Below, piece after piece: positions 9,301 to 20,000 of a DNA stretch of 20,000 bases. Below the pieces are notes generated by a model. That model was not told the DNA's origin, searched no databases, and worked only from the letters and a program-made list of their open reading frames with translations. Location of the stretch: NCBI GenBank assembly GCA_000934665.2, contig KZ538406.1, forward strand, positions 53,893-73,892, written 5' to 3'. The position numbers and the translations under genes are program-made. This DNA comes from Catajapyx aquilonaris (lineage: Eukaryota). The first letter of the stretch is position 1. The number at the start of each line of letters is the position of its first letter.

Positions 9301-12283
9301 GACCCGGATCTGGGATGGTCTTTCTTATCCGTTTGCGGCAATCGCATGGCTAATAAGGAGGGGATTTAAAAACTGTAACATACTATAGTAGTACGCCGAC
9401 GAAATTTCCACGCTTTGACATTTCGCAGAAGGTCGACGGCTCACTTGATTTGAAGGAGCCAAAGCAACTATGGCTATCTGGCTATGACACAAGACACAAG
9501 GGTGGGACAGATGGAGAGAAAAACGAATAAGAGCAGCTCTTGATAAGAGACAATAAAGAAGAGTCTCCCAAAGATCTGTCCAACTTGGGTGGCCATATAC
9601 TAGTATAGACGAAGCTATACCGCCGGCATAGCTCTTCGGGGTCATGGATCTTACCCGAAAGATGAAGTACCACGGCTTGGTCACGCCATATCCGCCGGGC
9701 ATCACGTTGGAGACGTACACGGCAAGGGCGAGGTATATGACAGTGTCCACCGTCAGCATGATGTACACGTCCGCCACGGTAAAGTTGTCGTCCATTTCTC
9801 CTAGGGGCGTCAATAGCTTTCCAGGAGTGGTGAGCTTCCCAAACGTTAGTCTCTGCCCTGGGCGACAATGAAAAAAGAAACAAAAAACACACGCAGTCAT
9901 ACTCATGAAGGTGCATAGGCTTATCAAATACGAGGATCCTCAGACTACTTTCGCTTCCTACAGTTTTCCTCGTATATGGCGAATACCACTAGCCCTTCCG
10001 TCAGCGCTGCGTGCGGACTAAGGCAAGTCAGCATTTTGACAAGGTACGAGAGGGTCGGGTATTTGGGCAGAAGGGTCAGCGCTGGAGCCAGGTAGCTGAT
10101 GATCCAGAGGGCCATGCCGACACCAGTTGCAGTCGAAGCTGCGGAGAACGAACGGATGAGAATCGAGCTGGGTTCACACGGGCGTTGCTGTCATTGTCTT
10201 TCGGGTCTGGAATTCACCAGCCAGACAACAACGACCGTATGAGCTCAGCTTATTGTGCCAGTGTGTGCACTGACATGAGTTGAAGAAAGCGCTTATGGTG
10301 AAGCAGAAGGCTGTGCACGAGGTGGTGTACAGGGCCAGCAGGAACCAAACTACTCCAGGGTTGATGCTGTCCAGGACTGCACCTGTCCCGGAAAAGTCGA
10401 ATACAAGCAGGAAGACTACCAGTATGATTGACACAGAGATTGTCATCAGGACGTTGCAGATCCAACCAACCAGGTTCAGCCACTGGGGTACACCCACCAT
10501 TTTCAACAGTTCCTGAAAAATATTATTGCCTGATTGTTGATTGCGGCACAAAACCAGCATTGATCTGGGATGTTCTCTTAATACAACCCACCCTGCGCAT
10601 CTGCACGAAAAACTATTATAGGCAAATTCTAAGATTGCTGGAGAAAAATTCCTAAAATAATCCTAACACCTTTTGACCCAAGTTCGGTTCCTTCGTATTG
10701 CAAAATCACCACTTTCTACTCTAATATCATTGGGAACAACCTCACAAATAATATTATTACGACATTAAACACATCCTTAAACGCATCTGATATTTGCGCA
10801 AGAACCGTACAGTCATTCCCGTTTCCTTTTCCTGAACTACGCCGTTGATGACTGAGGGACAGATGAAAATAAACCCGAAGACCAGAAAGTTGGGCAAGAA
10901 AATGGCGAAGAAAATGTGAAAGTCCTGAGGCGGTCTTGCTTTGTCTTTGGGTAGAGGCAGCAGTTGAAACTTGACCTGGCAAAATAATATTTCTCATTAG
11001 CGGCCTTTGAAGTAAGGGTCAAACGTTTGTCCTTACATAATTATTTGTTTCTTTCCCCTCCACACTTGGGGGAAAATCTTTTCACGGCATGAGATCCTAC
11101 CTTGTAGTCGGGAACTGTTGAATGGGACACCATTTTGATGAAGGATCTGTCTATGAGAAGCTGAAGAGTGGTAAAATCTCTCTGGATATACATGAGGGCT
11201 GGAAATTCACACGAAATCATTAACTCAAATAAACGATAACATGGCTTACTTAAAATGCTATAATGGCTCCCAGCAGATAGAGTTGGTACAACCTTCATTG
11301 ACTCCTTATAACCTTACAGCTACTTGTACTCATCAGTATAGCTTACCCTGGTTTCGAAGTTAATAAAGCATTCTCATGAAGCACTTAAATATCTTACCGC
11401 CTTGACACCAGAGAGCGTCGGAAGCGATCCTGAAGTTTGTAAACTTGTGATTTGTGTTCCAGTTTGGAGGATTAAACCTGAGGGTGTAATTCAAATGTTT
11501 AGGCGTGGATTCGTCCGAAGGAACGTTATCGAAGAAGACATTTCCTACAAAATTATGGTCATTTAGGGTCATGTTCATGCCAAACGCAACCAGATCTTCC
11601 ATTTTGTCTAATGCCTTCATATCTGAAACATTGACTCAATGTTGCGCGTGCATATAATATTAAAGTATACTCTAACTACAAAAGGTTACTTACACCATGT
11701 TCCGTTTTCGACAGGGGAAGTTGATATAGTTTTGTGTTGTAATTCCTCCGTCTTTTCAAGTTGCCACTTGAATGAATTATCGATGTCTTTCCAAACCTTC
11801 ATTTCTCTCTCAACCATTTCCATAATTTCTCTTGTAAATCGAGTGTTGGGTGCGTACCCAACAAGCAGTGGAAGATTAGCATATTGTGGTTTCGGAAGAT
11901 TTGTCATTCCAACTACCAGGTCTTCAGAAATGGTGGGATATGTGATGTCTTTTGTGTCATGTACCTTTCGAAAAACCAACTCACTCGTAAGACTGACTTG
12001 TGCAAGTAATATGCCAAGTAGTTGGCTGCGTACGACTGACCTGGTATTCTGCGCGGTCGGCTCTCATCTTGGCCAGAATGACGGTCAGGAGACATGGAAG
12101 AATGAGCTCCACGATGGTCAGGATAATATGTCTCTTCCGAAGCAAGAAATTCTTCCACATGAGCAACGTAAAGTGATGCCAATGGCGCTTCGTTGACTCC
12201 CGACATTTCTTTGTGCCTGAGCGACGATAAGAACTTATCGTGCTCTCAGCCTCGTGGGAACGGCTAGTCATGCTAAAAGGCAT
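3362..12283 (-). CDS. ABC transporter subfamily A, full transporter (ABCA3-like), about 1827 aa, 23 coding exons
   Basis: Frame-consistent GT-AG exons: 12283-12041, 11964-11694, 11622-11398, 11198-11101, 10975-10811, 10512-10275, 10138-9962, 9857-9655, 9349-8921, 8835-8680, 8467-8396, 8331-8193, 7800-7548, 7389-7316, 7149-6812, 6741-6180, 6071-5946, 5661-5404, 5130-4529, 4462-4315, 4241-4031, 3950-3716, 3622-3362 (5484 nt). ABCA hallmarks: [42 protein letters not shown]1 ([34 protein letters not shown]), TTMDDVF, NBD2 ([40 protein letters not shown]), [13 protein letters not shown]. The exact start ATG is uncertain. Confidence 0.95.
8124..8175. repeat. Perfect 52-bp palindrome in an ABCA intron
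   Basis: cgttgctgtatttcagaacacgtata (8124-8149) is followed directly by its exact reverse complement tatacgtgttctgaaatacagcaacg (8150-8175), with no spacer. Confidence 0.95.
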
Positions 12284-12370
12284 GGTTGGACTTTATATTT
12301 GATAAAAACTCGCAGAGAACAGCAACACACTGTTGCTTCTCCATGGAAATACAATTAAGCTGGCCTACTG

Positions 12371-12658
12371 ACAATTGAGGCGTTGACATGGGAAAGGTAG
12401 AGAAAGGGCACAAAGAGGCACAAAGAGAAATGTGCCTCAAAAGGGGGAAAAAGTTGGCTACATTATTTTAAATGCTAAACTCATAAACTGCTTTGATTTG
12501 ACTTTTTATGACTTTCTGTAACAGACTCCAACAATAAGAAAGCTTTTGTGTAATAAAATCCGAATCACAATGTTCTTAAAACCGCCTCCCCACCAGCCCG
12601 TGTAAACAAAATAATATTTTTGTGATTATTCCCTTTCCCATGTTAACGCCTCAATTGT
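12371..12658. mobile_element. MITE-like element with 27-bp inverted termini
   Basis: acaattgaggcgttgacatgggaaagg (12371-12397) matches the reverse complement of 12632-12658 with one mismatch. AT-rich non-coding interior. Can be read as AATT-flanked GAG...CTC ends. Confidence 0.65.
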
Positions 12659-12804
12659 TGCCGGTTTTGTTAGACATTCACAAGCATGGTTTGAGTCCCC
12701 TGGCCCTGGATCAGTCATCAGGAGCACAAATTCGGCAAAGGGAATCTGTAATTTGAGCCGCTCTCGACTCAATTTTGGTGGCCTTCACCTGCCTCCACCC
12801 TATA

Positions 12805-13215
12805 CAGGGTGTGTCTGAACTCAGTGCCCCGACGTATATGACTGCCTTCCTAGCCACCAGAGGATCAACGTATGTAGAGGAGTCATTATGTCTGGGCAGA
12901 CTCATTACTGAGATACACTCTTTAGCGATTTTTGCCTAATCGCTCCTTCTGACATTTAAATAGAATTTTAGAGGCCTTACCACCTGTGGGCAACAAACCA
13001 ACAAAGTCCGGCCCCCAGACCTTCCAGAGCCTTATTCTGACTGGGGAAGGGTTCGATAGGTGGCCTAACCGACAGGATATTTTGTACTACATGTTTGCGG
13101 GCATTTATGTCAGTAATGCGGCGGCCAGACATAATGACTCCTATACTTAAATCGATCCTCTGGTGGCTAGGAAGGCAGCCATATACTTCGGGGCACTGAG
13201 TTCAGATACACCCTG
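12805..13215. mobile_element. Tc1/mariner-type MITE (411 bp, about 105-110-bp TIRs, TA target-site duplication)
   Basis: TA|CAGGGTGT... at 12803-12812 and ...ACACCCTG|TA at 13208-13217. The first 62 bp of the TIRs differ at 3 positions; similarity extends to about 12912 and 13108. No transposase ORF. Confidence 0.88.
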
Positions 13216-13374
13216 TATATACACCACTAATTGCGTACCTTCTTACCTCCATAATTAAGTTTTTTTCTGGCATAAATCAATTTATACGTTATTATCGAAT
13301 AATTTTATGTCAATTCTCATTGTGAGCAACTTTGTGCTGTCTGAGGGATTTGAGCTCAGCGCCAGAAGTGGTGC

Positions 13375-13501
13375 CAATCCCACTAGTGACGTCACTTCCT
13401 TCCATAAGTTTCGTTTTCCTCCGCTGCAACCCGAAGTGGCGCGTTTCCGTTGGCGACCCTGCCTCTCCCCCCACCGACCGAATTCGAAAATTTGACCGTT
13501 A
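13375..13501 (+). promoter_or_regulatory. Putative KIF4 promoter with CCAAT, CRE, Myb-type and CHR-like motifs
   Basis: CCAAT near 13375; palindrome AGTGACGTCACT 13385-13396 (CRE core TGACGTCA); CCGTTG 13447-13452 and CCGTTA 13496-13501 (Myb YAACKG on -); TTCGAA 13483-13488 (CHR variant). CpG-rich stretch upstream of a splice acceptor at 13716 and the ATG at 13726. Confidence 0.5.
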
Positions 13502-13725
13502 CGGGATCGAACCGGGTCAGAAAGTTGTTGGAGCTGGCAAGGCCAAGGGGCTGGAATAATTATTTCACATTCGTCTCGCCGGGGAAAGGCTGCTGGTTAG
13601 CCGAACTCTGCCCGGACACACCGGGAGGACACGGGCCGAAGATCACTGAGGGTAAAATACCAGGGGAGGACCAGCAGTTTCGTAAGGGTAATTATTCTCG
13701 TTCCACTAAATTCCAGGTGCTCGTA

Positions 13726-16700
13726 ATGGAGCAGGAAGCACCAGTGAAGGTTTGCCCGGTGCGGGTGGCCTTGCGTGTGCGGCCACTCATTCCTAAGGAG
13801 GTTGGCGAGGGGAGCCAGCAGTGCCTGGAAGTGGTCAAGGGGCAGCCCCAGGTCGTGGTCAAGGGGAACCGGTCCTTCACCTACGACTACGCGTTTGGGC
13901 CTGAGACCTCGCAGAAGGAAACTTACCAGCAGTCGATCGCTGATGTCGTGCAGAACCTGTTCAAAGGTAGGCTGCGTAGGAAATCCAACAGGATGTCGGT
14001 CACTCGACTAATCCATGTTGGAGGGTGCTGGAGCGGAATTGGCAAACCGTCCAGATTTGCTAAGATGGCTTATGGAGGGTGTTATGAGACCTAGCCTTCA
14101 TTTGTGGACTGAAAATTTTCAGCCATGATCAAAGTGCTTATATTGTCATATTTAGCATAATTATGGTGCACAAAAGGCAGTGTAAATATGAAGCAGAAGT
14201 GTAAGACACGGTACCGTACAGGTCGAGAATCCTTGATCAGAAATGCCCAAGTCCTTCAATTTTAAGAGTGCTGCTCACAAATTGAAAATTCCATGTGATT
14301 GTGACATGACTAGCTTCATTACGTGTATCTGAAAGTATAAAAAATTATTACTAAATTCATAATAAAACTTCCTCCGGGGTTTATTAATCTCTATTAAGAA
14401 ATGTGTGTGAAGGTCAACTTGAGGCATTTAAGTCATACCAAAGCAGTCCTATTTTATAGATGCAAACATTCGAATATTCCAACATCTTTAAAAAACGAAA
14501 CATTGCCTGCCCCAAGCGTTGCGGATAAAGGATTCTCAACCTGTACTTGACTCATTCCGATGAGGAACCAGAATCGAGTTGCTCGCATCCGAAAAGCATG
14601 GAAGCCGGTAGTGAACTGGCACATCTGGCCATGAGTGCTAAATGTCACCATTGCATAATTATGACATGCTATTTGGTTTGCTAATTGTGGCCAGTGTTGA
14701 ATGGGTCAACGAGTTGGGTTATGTTCTATAAAATGGCGGGAAATAAATTAACTGGGATGTCGCTAAATATTGTCATCTCCTCAGTAATGCAAAGAGATTA
14801 GGCTGGTTCACCGCTCTCATTCTTTGCAGAGGCTGCAGCATTAACATTGACTTCTCAATAATTAGCCAAAATGTACCCTTTTTTCTACACTCTGACATTG
14901 TTTTTTCTGTGATTACCAGGTTACAATGTCACCGTTTTTGCTTACGGCCAGACAAGCTCTGGGAAGACTTTTTCTATGGGAACATGCTACGACTCAGCTG
15001 ACACAGAAGAAACCAAAGGAATAATACCAAGGGCACTGGACGATATCTTTGCGGGAATCCAGGCTCGCCCGGACTGGGACTTTGAGCTGAAGGTGTCCTT
15101 CATGGAACTGTATAATGAGCAGCTCTATGACTTGCTTGCGCCCAATCGAGCCGTGGTGGATCTTCGAGAAGATCCTACTTTTGGTGTGAAAGTGGCTGGA
15201 TTGACTGAGGTATGTTGGACTTCTGATGCGGTTTTCCTCCCTATCTTTGCCTATTGAACCTTTCCACTTGTTTACATCCCAACTTGTGTTGCCTTTACAT
15301 TTGTCACCCATCACACCATGTATTTTTCCCTTGCTCACAAGCTGTGGGGTTCGCTACTAGGAAAAAGTAACTTACATCAGTAACAGTGCATTAGAGGCCA
15401 ACACCCTGTGAATGGACAAGCAATTTTGACCTTTGTTGATGTGTCCTATTAAGTGAAAATACATAGTCTTGAGGGGACAACCCTCAGTTATATGTACTGT
15501 ACAAGTTCTCCAATCTGAAAACACTATTGTCTCATTAGTTTGATTTCTCTTGATTGTTCTAGATGGTTGTCTGCAGTGTGGCTGACACCATGAGAAGCCT
15601 TGAGCTTGGTTCTCAGGGGCGTTCAACTGGTGCAACAGCCATGAACCATAAGTCCAGCCGCAGCCATGCTATTTTCACCATGACGATCGAGCAGTGGCAG
15701 CGAGAAGACAGTTCCAATGTTACCTCAGCCAAGTTCCACCTGGTAGACTTAGCTGGATCCGAGCGCCTGAAGAAGACGAAAGCTGAAGGGAGCCGTCTTA
15801 AGGAAGGTGTGAACATTAACATGGGACTGATGACTTTGGGAAAGGTCATCAAAGCTCTCTGTGATGGAGAGTCACACATTCCTTACCGGGAAAGTCGCCT
15901 GACACGACTCCTGCAGGATTCCCTCGGGGGAAATTCCCACACTATTATGATGGCATGTGTCAGTCCAGCAGATGTTAACCTTGATGAGACAATGTCCACA
16001 TTGCGCTATGCAGACCGTGCCCGTAGGATCAAGAACAAACCGATTGTAAACAGAGATCCACAGGCTGCTGAGATTGCACGTCTGAAGGAAGAGGTGAGAC
16101 GTTTGGCAGCCATGTCTGGCAGTGGCGGTGATATTATCGAGGAAGTCCATCGCCTGCGGACTGAGAACCATCGCTTGGCTGCAGCGCTTCAGGATGCTCT
16201 GGACAAAAGTGCGGCCATGGTGAATCAACTTGCACAGTCTGGATCAGCACAAGAGCGTATGCGCTTGCAGATTAATGACCTGCAGCGAAGGGCCAAATGT
16301 ATGGTGGACTTGAACCAAACGTATGATTGCTCTGATGGAAGTACCAAGTTGCTAAAGGAGCTTGAATCAAGACTGAGTCAGGCTGCAGAGGCATCAAAGA
16401 ACAAGTTGCCAGAGTTGGAGGAGGATAAGGAAGAGGGTGAAATGAAAGATGATGATGAGGAGGAGGAGGAAGAGGATGAGGCCAACTTGGTCCTGAAACA
16501 AGCGGAAATGAACCGAGAGCTGGAGCGTCTGAATCGTGATTTGCTGGACAGGGAGGCGTTAATGGTGCAGGTGGCCCAGAGTGCAGGCATGATGGGGGAT
16601 CAGGAAGGCAGAGCTGCTGAGGAGGTCAGGCGCCTGGAGGACGAGGTGGAGCGTCTGTGTAAGGAGAAGGAGGAGCTTCAGAATGCTCTCAGGAATGCCC

Positions 16701-19700
16701 GTACCAGTGCAATATCTTCCAAGTATATGCATAATTATGAGCTTTTGTAATAGTAGTAATTGTGACTGAAAGTCTAACTAAAATATGTCTCAATTCTTTC
16801 TAGGTTGGCAGAGGATCGTCGTAAGCGGGTTCAGGAACTTGAGAAGCAAATAGGTGATCTCAAAAAGAAAATCACAGAACAGGGCAAGATGTTGAAGGTC
16901 AAAGAGAAGACAGAGGAGAAAGTGAAGCGTCTAACATCTGAGATAGATGTGAGTAGCTGCCTGGTATTTAGAATGGTCAGGTTAATTTAATTTGTTTTAC
17001 TGGAGACGCTAAAGCACATACTGTGTGGCTTTTATATCGAAAAATAAATCAGCCATTAAGTGGTAGGGAACTGCAGCTTGTGAAAGAATAAAGTTGAACG
17101 AGATTTTTTTGTGTGTGGATATTTGAGATCAGCATTACATTTGCAGATGCAGCAAACATTGTGTATTGCTAAATGTGCGAGTCAACTATTTGTGTAAAAA
17201 TTAGTCTTGTAGTCACAATAACATGTCGGCTAATTTCCCAGGCCATGAAGCACAAGAAGGTGGAGCTGATGCGCCGCATGCGGGAGGACTCGGAGCGTTT
17301 TCGCCGTCTGCAGCTAAAGCAAGATCGGGAAGTGGTGCAGCTACGCCAGAGGGAGCGCCGCCAGGAGTGCCAGCTTCTCCGTATGGCCCAGGCACATACC
17401 AAGCGTCAGAATGTCCTGCAACGCAAAGTGGAGGAGGTGAATGCCATCAACCGTCGCCTAAAAGAGTCCCTTCAGATCCAGAGGGCTGCCAGGGAAAGTC
17501 GTAGCAAGAGCAGCAGCAATAAGGCAGCCAGCAGCAAGGGAGAGGATAGGATTGGCAGCTGGATCTCCCAGGAGCTCCAGGTGGCCATAAATCGCCACGA
17601 CGCCCGGTTCACCCTCCAGGAGCTGATGGATGACAGGGCTTCATTGAGCGGAAAGGCAACCTGGGCCAGGGAAATGGCTCGAGTAACCAAGGATCGTGAA
17701 GAAGCAGACCAGCATGAAAAGGATGCAGCCCAATGTGAGGGAGAGGTTGCTTCCATCAGCCAACAGATTGCTCAGCTGCAAGAGAAGCTTCTTGAATCAG
17801 ACACAGGTCAGTGGTGCTTGTAGGAGTACAGTAGTTGCTTTGGTTCCTTCCCAATCAAACAAATGAAAGGGATTATTTTTCTAAAATTTGACTACTTCAA
17901 ACTAGGGGTGCGACTTAGATTCGAGTCAACACTGTGATTAATCTTTTCTGCCAGATTAAATTGATAATTGAACCCCTCCCTTGAAGAAGGGTGTATGTAA
18001 CAAAAGTGAAGTTTAGAGAAAAACAGAAAAAACTGGATGGAATAACCAACCTTATGGGACAAGCTACCTTTCGAGCTCTGCTGTGATGAGCGAAATTGCC
18101 ACACGCACCCAGGTGGTATCATTATGATGGAACAGAAGGGATACTGTACTACCTTTTCCACTGGCCAGTTCACTTTAGGCAATTTTGCAACATACACCCT
18201 TCTTCGAGGGATCGGTTAAATTGTAGTTAAAATGCTGGTGTCAGAGAAATGTTTCAGAATTATTTTTGATGTCGAAATGCTCACTGATGATGATGGGTTG
18301 TCAAAGGTATAAATGCAATCGGTTTGTGGGGGAATGTGTCGGCATCTGCTAACTCCCAATGTTTTACCTGCAGAGTCAACAAAAGAATGGTCCCGATGGG
18401 ACAGCATCAACACAGTGAGTGAGGCCAAGTATGGACTTAAGTACCTGTTCCGCCAGGTTGCTGCCATCAAGACAGAGGCCACCGTACAGGGAAAGCAGTT
18501 GGAAAGTGTTAAGGTAATGTCAGAACCACCATGTCATTCACAAATATTTAAATTGGCCAAGGATTCATATAGGAGCCCTGTAATGTGTTGTTTCATAAGT
18601 CCGGAGAGAAATTAATAAAGAAAAAGTTCATCATACAAGTACAGTCGACTCTGGATATAAGAGCCTGGGCTAAAAGCGACCTTGGGTTAGCCAACTCAAA
18701 GGACTCGTTCCGACATACTTCCATACTGTAAACGTATGGCCTGTGACCTGTGTGTTTGGATATGGGACATTTAGAATATAGGATACAGATTTTCACTGTC
18801 CCTTGAAGTCTCTTACAATCCCAAGTCAACTGTTACACAGTGAAACCTTTTTGCCTTCTCTGGCCCTCCCCCATATTTATTTCCTGTTTCAGAAGAAATC
18901 AAATTTGGAATGTAAAGCAACTAAAGGCAGGGAAACATAAAAGACTTGAATAATTTATAACAACATGAGGTATGTGCAATGGGATCAGATTGACATGATC
19001 CTTTCCAGCTTGTGGGTTTCCTGGTAATTTGGCTTGCTCTTGCACCAATTTTTAAGCACTAGTGGATTGCCATCCTCCAATACCAGTGCTACAGCTGAAG
19101 TGTGAAAATAGTGTGCGACATTTTGACATGAGATGTGCATAACATTCTGCGCTTTCTGTATTGGGTAGATATTTTGAAACAGCTTGTGTGTATGGGTTCT
19201 TGTTTATGAAATGACTGAACTTATCTCAAGATTATCTAACCTCACACCCCACCTTTTTTTATATAGAACTACAGCACCAGCCTACTGGAAGAAATAGAAA
19301 AGCTCAAGCGGAATAAACAGGAACTGCAGGCAGCCCACCGTCAGGAACTCAACACCTTGGAGCGGGAGCATGAGGAGAAAGTGTTGACTCTGCTGGGACA
19401 GTTCAACACCACTGCCTCAGAGGCTGCCGACACGGATAACAGCAGCCAGCTGGGTGGAGAGGACTCTGTCCTGAAGCGTGTGCGGTTCCAGGAGGAGGAG
19501 CTGGTTAGATCCCGACGAGCTCAGGAGTCCCTCAGGGAGGAGCTGGAGCAGCTCAGGAGGGAGTTGGCCACTCGAAAAGCAGAGGCTGCGGCTAAGACTC
19601 TGGTCATCAAGACTGCCAAGGGGGCCAAGTCAGCCCAAGCAGACAGACACCATACACCAATGACCCCAGAAACTCCAGACGGAGCCACGTCACAGGGTGA

Positions 19701-19751
19701 AGATGATCCCGAAAAAGACCCGGATTGGACCAAGACTCCCATTTACAGGAG
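13726..19751 (+). CDS. KIF4: Kinesin-4 family chromokinesin (KIF4/Klp3A-like), 3' incomplete; exons 13726-13966, 14920-15209, 15563-16722, 16804-16948, 17242-17806, 18374-18513, 19267-19751
   Basis: [39 protein letters not shown] (P-loop), SSRSHAIFT (switch I), [12 protein letters not shown] (switch II), [42 protein letters not shown]. Kinesin-4 stalk features: [61 protein letters not shown]. All junctions are GT-AG and in frame. Confidence 0.93.
14219..14543. mobile_element. pogo/Tigger-type MITE (325 bp, TA-flanked) in the first KIF4 coding-region intron
   Basis: TA|CAGGTCGAGAATCCTTGATCAGAAATGC at 14217 onward versus the reverse complement of the right end, TA|CAGGTTGAGAATCCTTTATCCGCAACGC (element ends at 14543, TA at 14544-14545). 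Confidence 0.8.
17973..18215. mobile_element. Degenerate TIR element, possibly a piggyBac-type MITE, in a KIF4 intron
   Basis: tcccttgaagaagggtgtatgtaacaaaa (17977-18005) matches the reverse complement of 18183-18211 at 26 of 29 positions. Ends read TGAA|CC...GG|TTAA. Confidence 0.6.
18642..18832. mobile_element. Possible old pogo-like MITE remnant in a KIF4 intron
   Basis: TA|CAGTCGACTCTGGATATAAGAG versus the reverse complement of the right end, CAGTTGACTTGGGATTGTAAGAG. Several mismatches, one gap, and an imperfect right TA. Confidence 0.4.
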
Positions 19752-20000
19752 GTCAGTGCGTAGTGAATGCTGCCAATTTAAATTGAAGGGAATGCATTTA
19801 AATTGTAGGATATATATAGTATATATCAAAAACTTTCCCTTCAGTAAAAAAAAGAAGAAGTAAGACCTCCGCGGCGGAATAAAGGTACTGAAACAAGGCA
19901 GGTGCACGTAAGACCTTCACCAATTGATTTAAGCTGTACCATAGGTCTTACTCAAGCAATTTCCAATTCACTGCTCATGAAGTCTCCTTTCTGAAACAAA

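Noticed and set aside
3683..10655. Many + strand ORFs of 60-208 aa (e.g. 3683-4309, 8894-9388, 6193-6531)
   Set aside because: Antisense shadows of GC-rich ABCA exons with no recognisable motifs.
11965..12040. Apparent frameshift or stop between ABCA ORFs 11981-12283 and 11686-11979
   Set aside because: Resolved by a 76-nt GT-AG intron that restores the frame, so the gene is not a pseudogene.
13450..13725. 92-aa N-terminal extension of the kinesin ORF
   Set aside because: Starts at TTG and crosses promoter motifs and a clear acceptor at 13716. The ATG at 13726 gives a normal KIF4 N-terminus.
15470..15486. Short hairpin tgaggggacaacccctca
   Set aside because: A 7-bp stem in an intron is expected by chance.
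16420..16480. GAG/GAT triplet run
   Set aside because: Encodes an acidic low-complexity linker in the KIF4 stalk; ordinary.
18600..18638. Possible 39-nt extra KIF4 exon ([13 protein letters not shown])
   Set aside because: Weak splice sites, its donor overlaps a putative MITE end, and the flanking exons join in frame without it.
1..20000. CRISPR arrays, tRNA/rRNA genes, transposase or reverse-transcriptase ORFs, prokaryotic operons
   Set aside because: None seen: no regularly spaced repeats, and all coding sequence fits spliced eukaryotic genes.

Overview
Eukaryotic, intron-rich genomic DNA with short GT-AG introns; it looks like an invertebrate, probably an arthropod, but the taxon cannot be fixed from sequence alone. 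Left to right: (1) the last two coding exons of a glucosylceramidase (GH30, + strand); (2) a small three-exon gene on the - strand, mostly missed by the ORF track, encoding a 111-aa secreted prepropeptide (signal peptide, KR-delimited spacers, 44-aa amphipathic helical C-terminal peptide); (3) a complete 23-exon ABCA-family full transporter (- strand, about 1827 aa) whose motif substitutions cluster in one composite ATP site; (4) a head-to-head intergenic region with two MITE-like elements and a cell-cycle-type promoter; (5) the 5' seven coding exons of a kinesin-4/KIF4 chromokinesin (+ strand, runs off the window), with more TIR elements in its introns. The most novel candidate is the orphan peptide precursor at 1236-1728. 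All gene models were assembled by hand from splice signals and frame continuity; no database searches were run.
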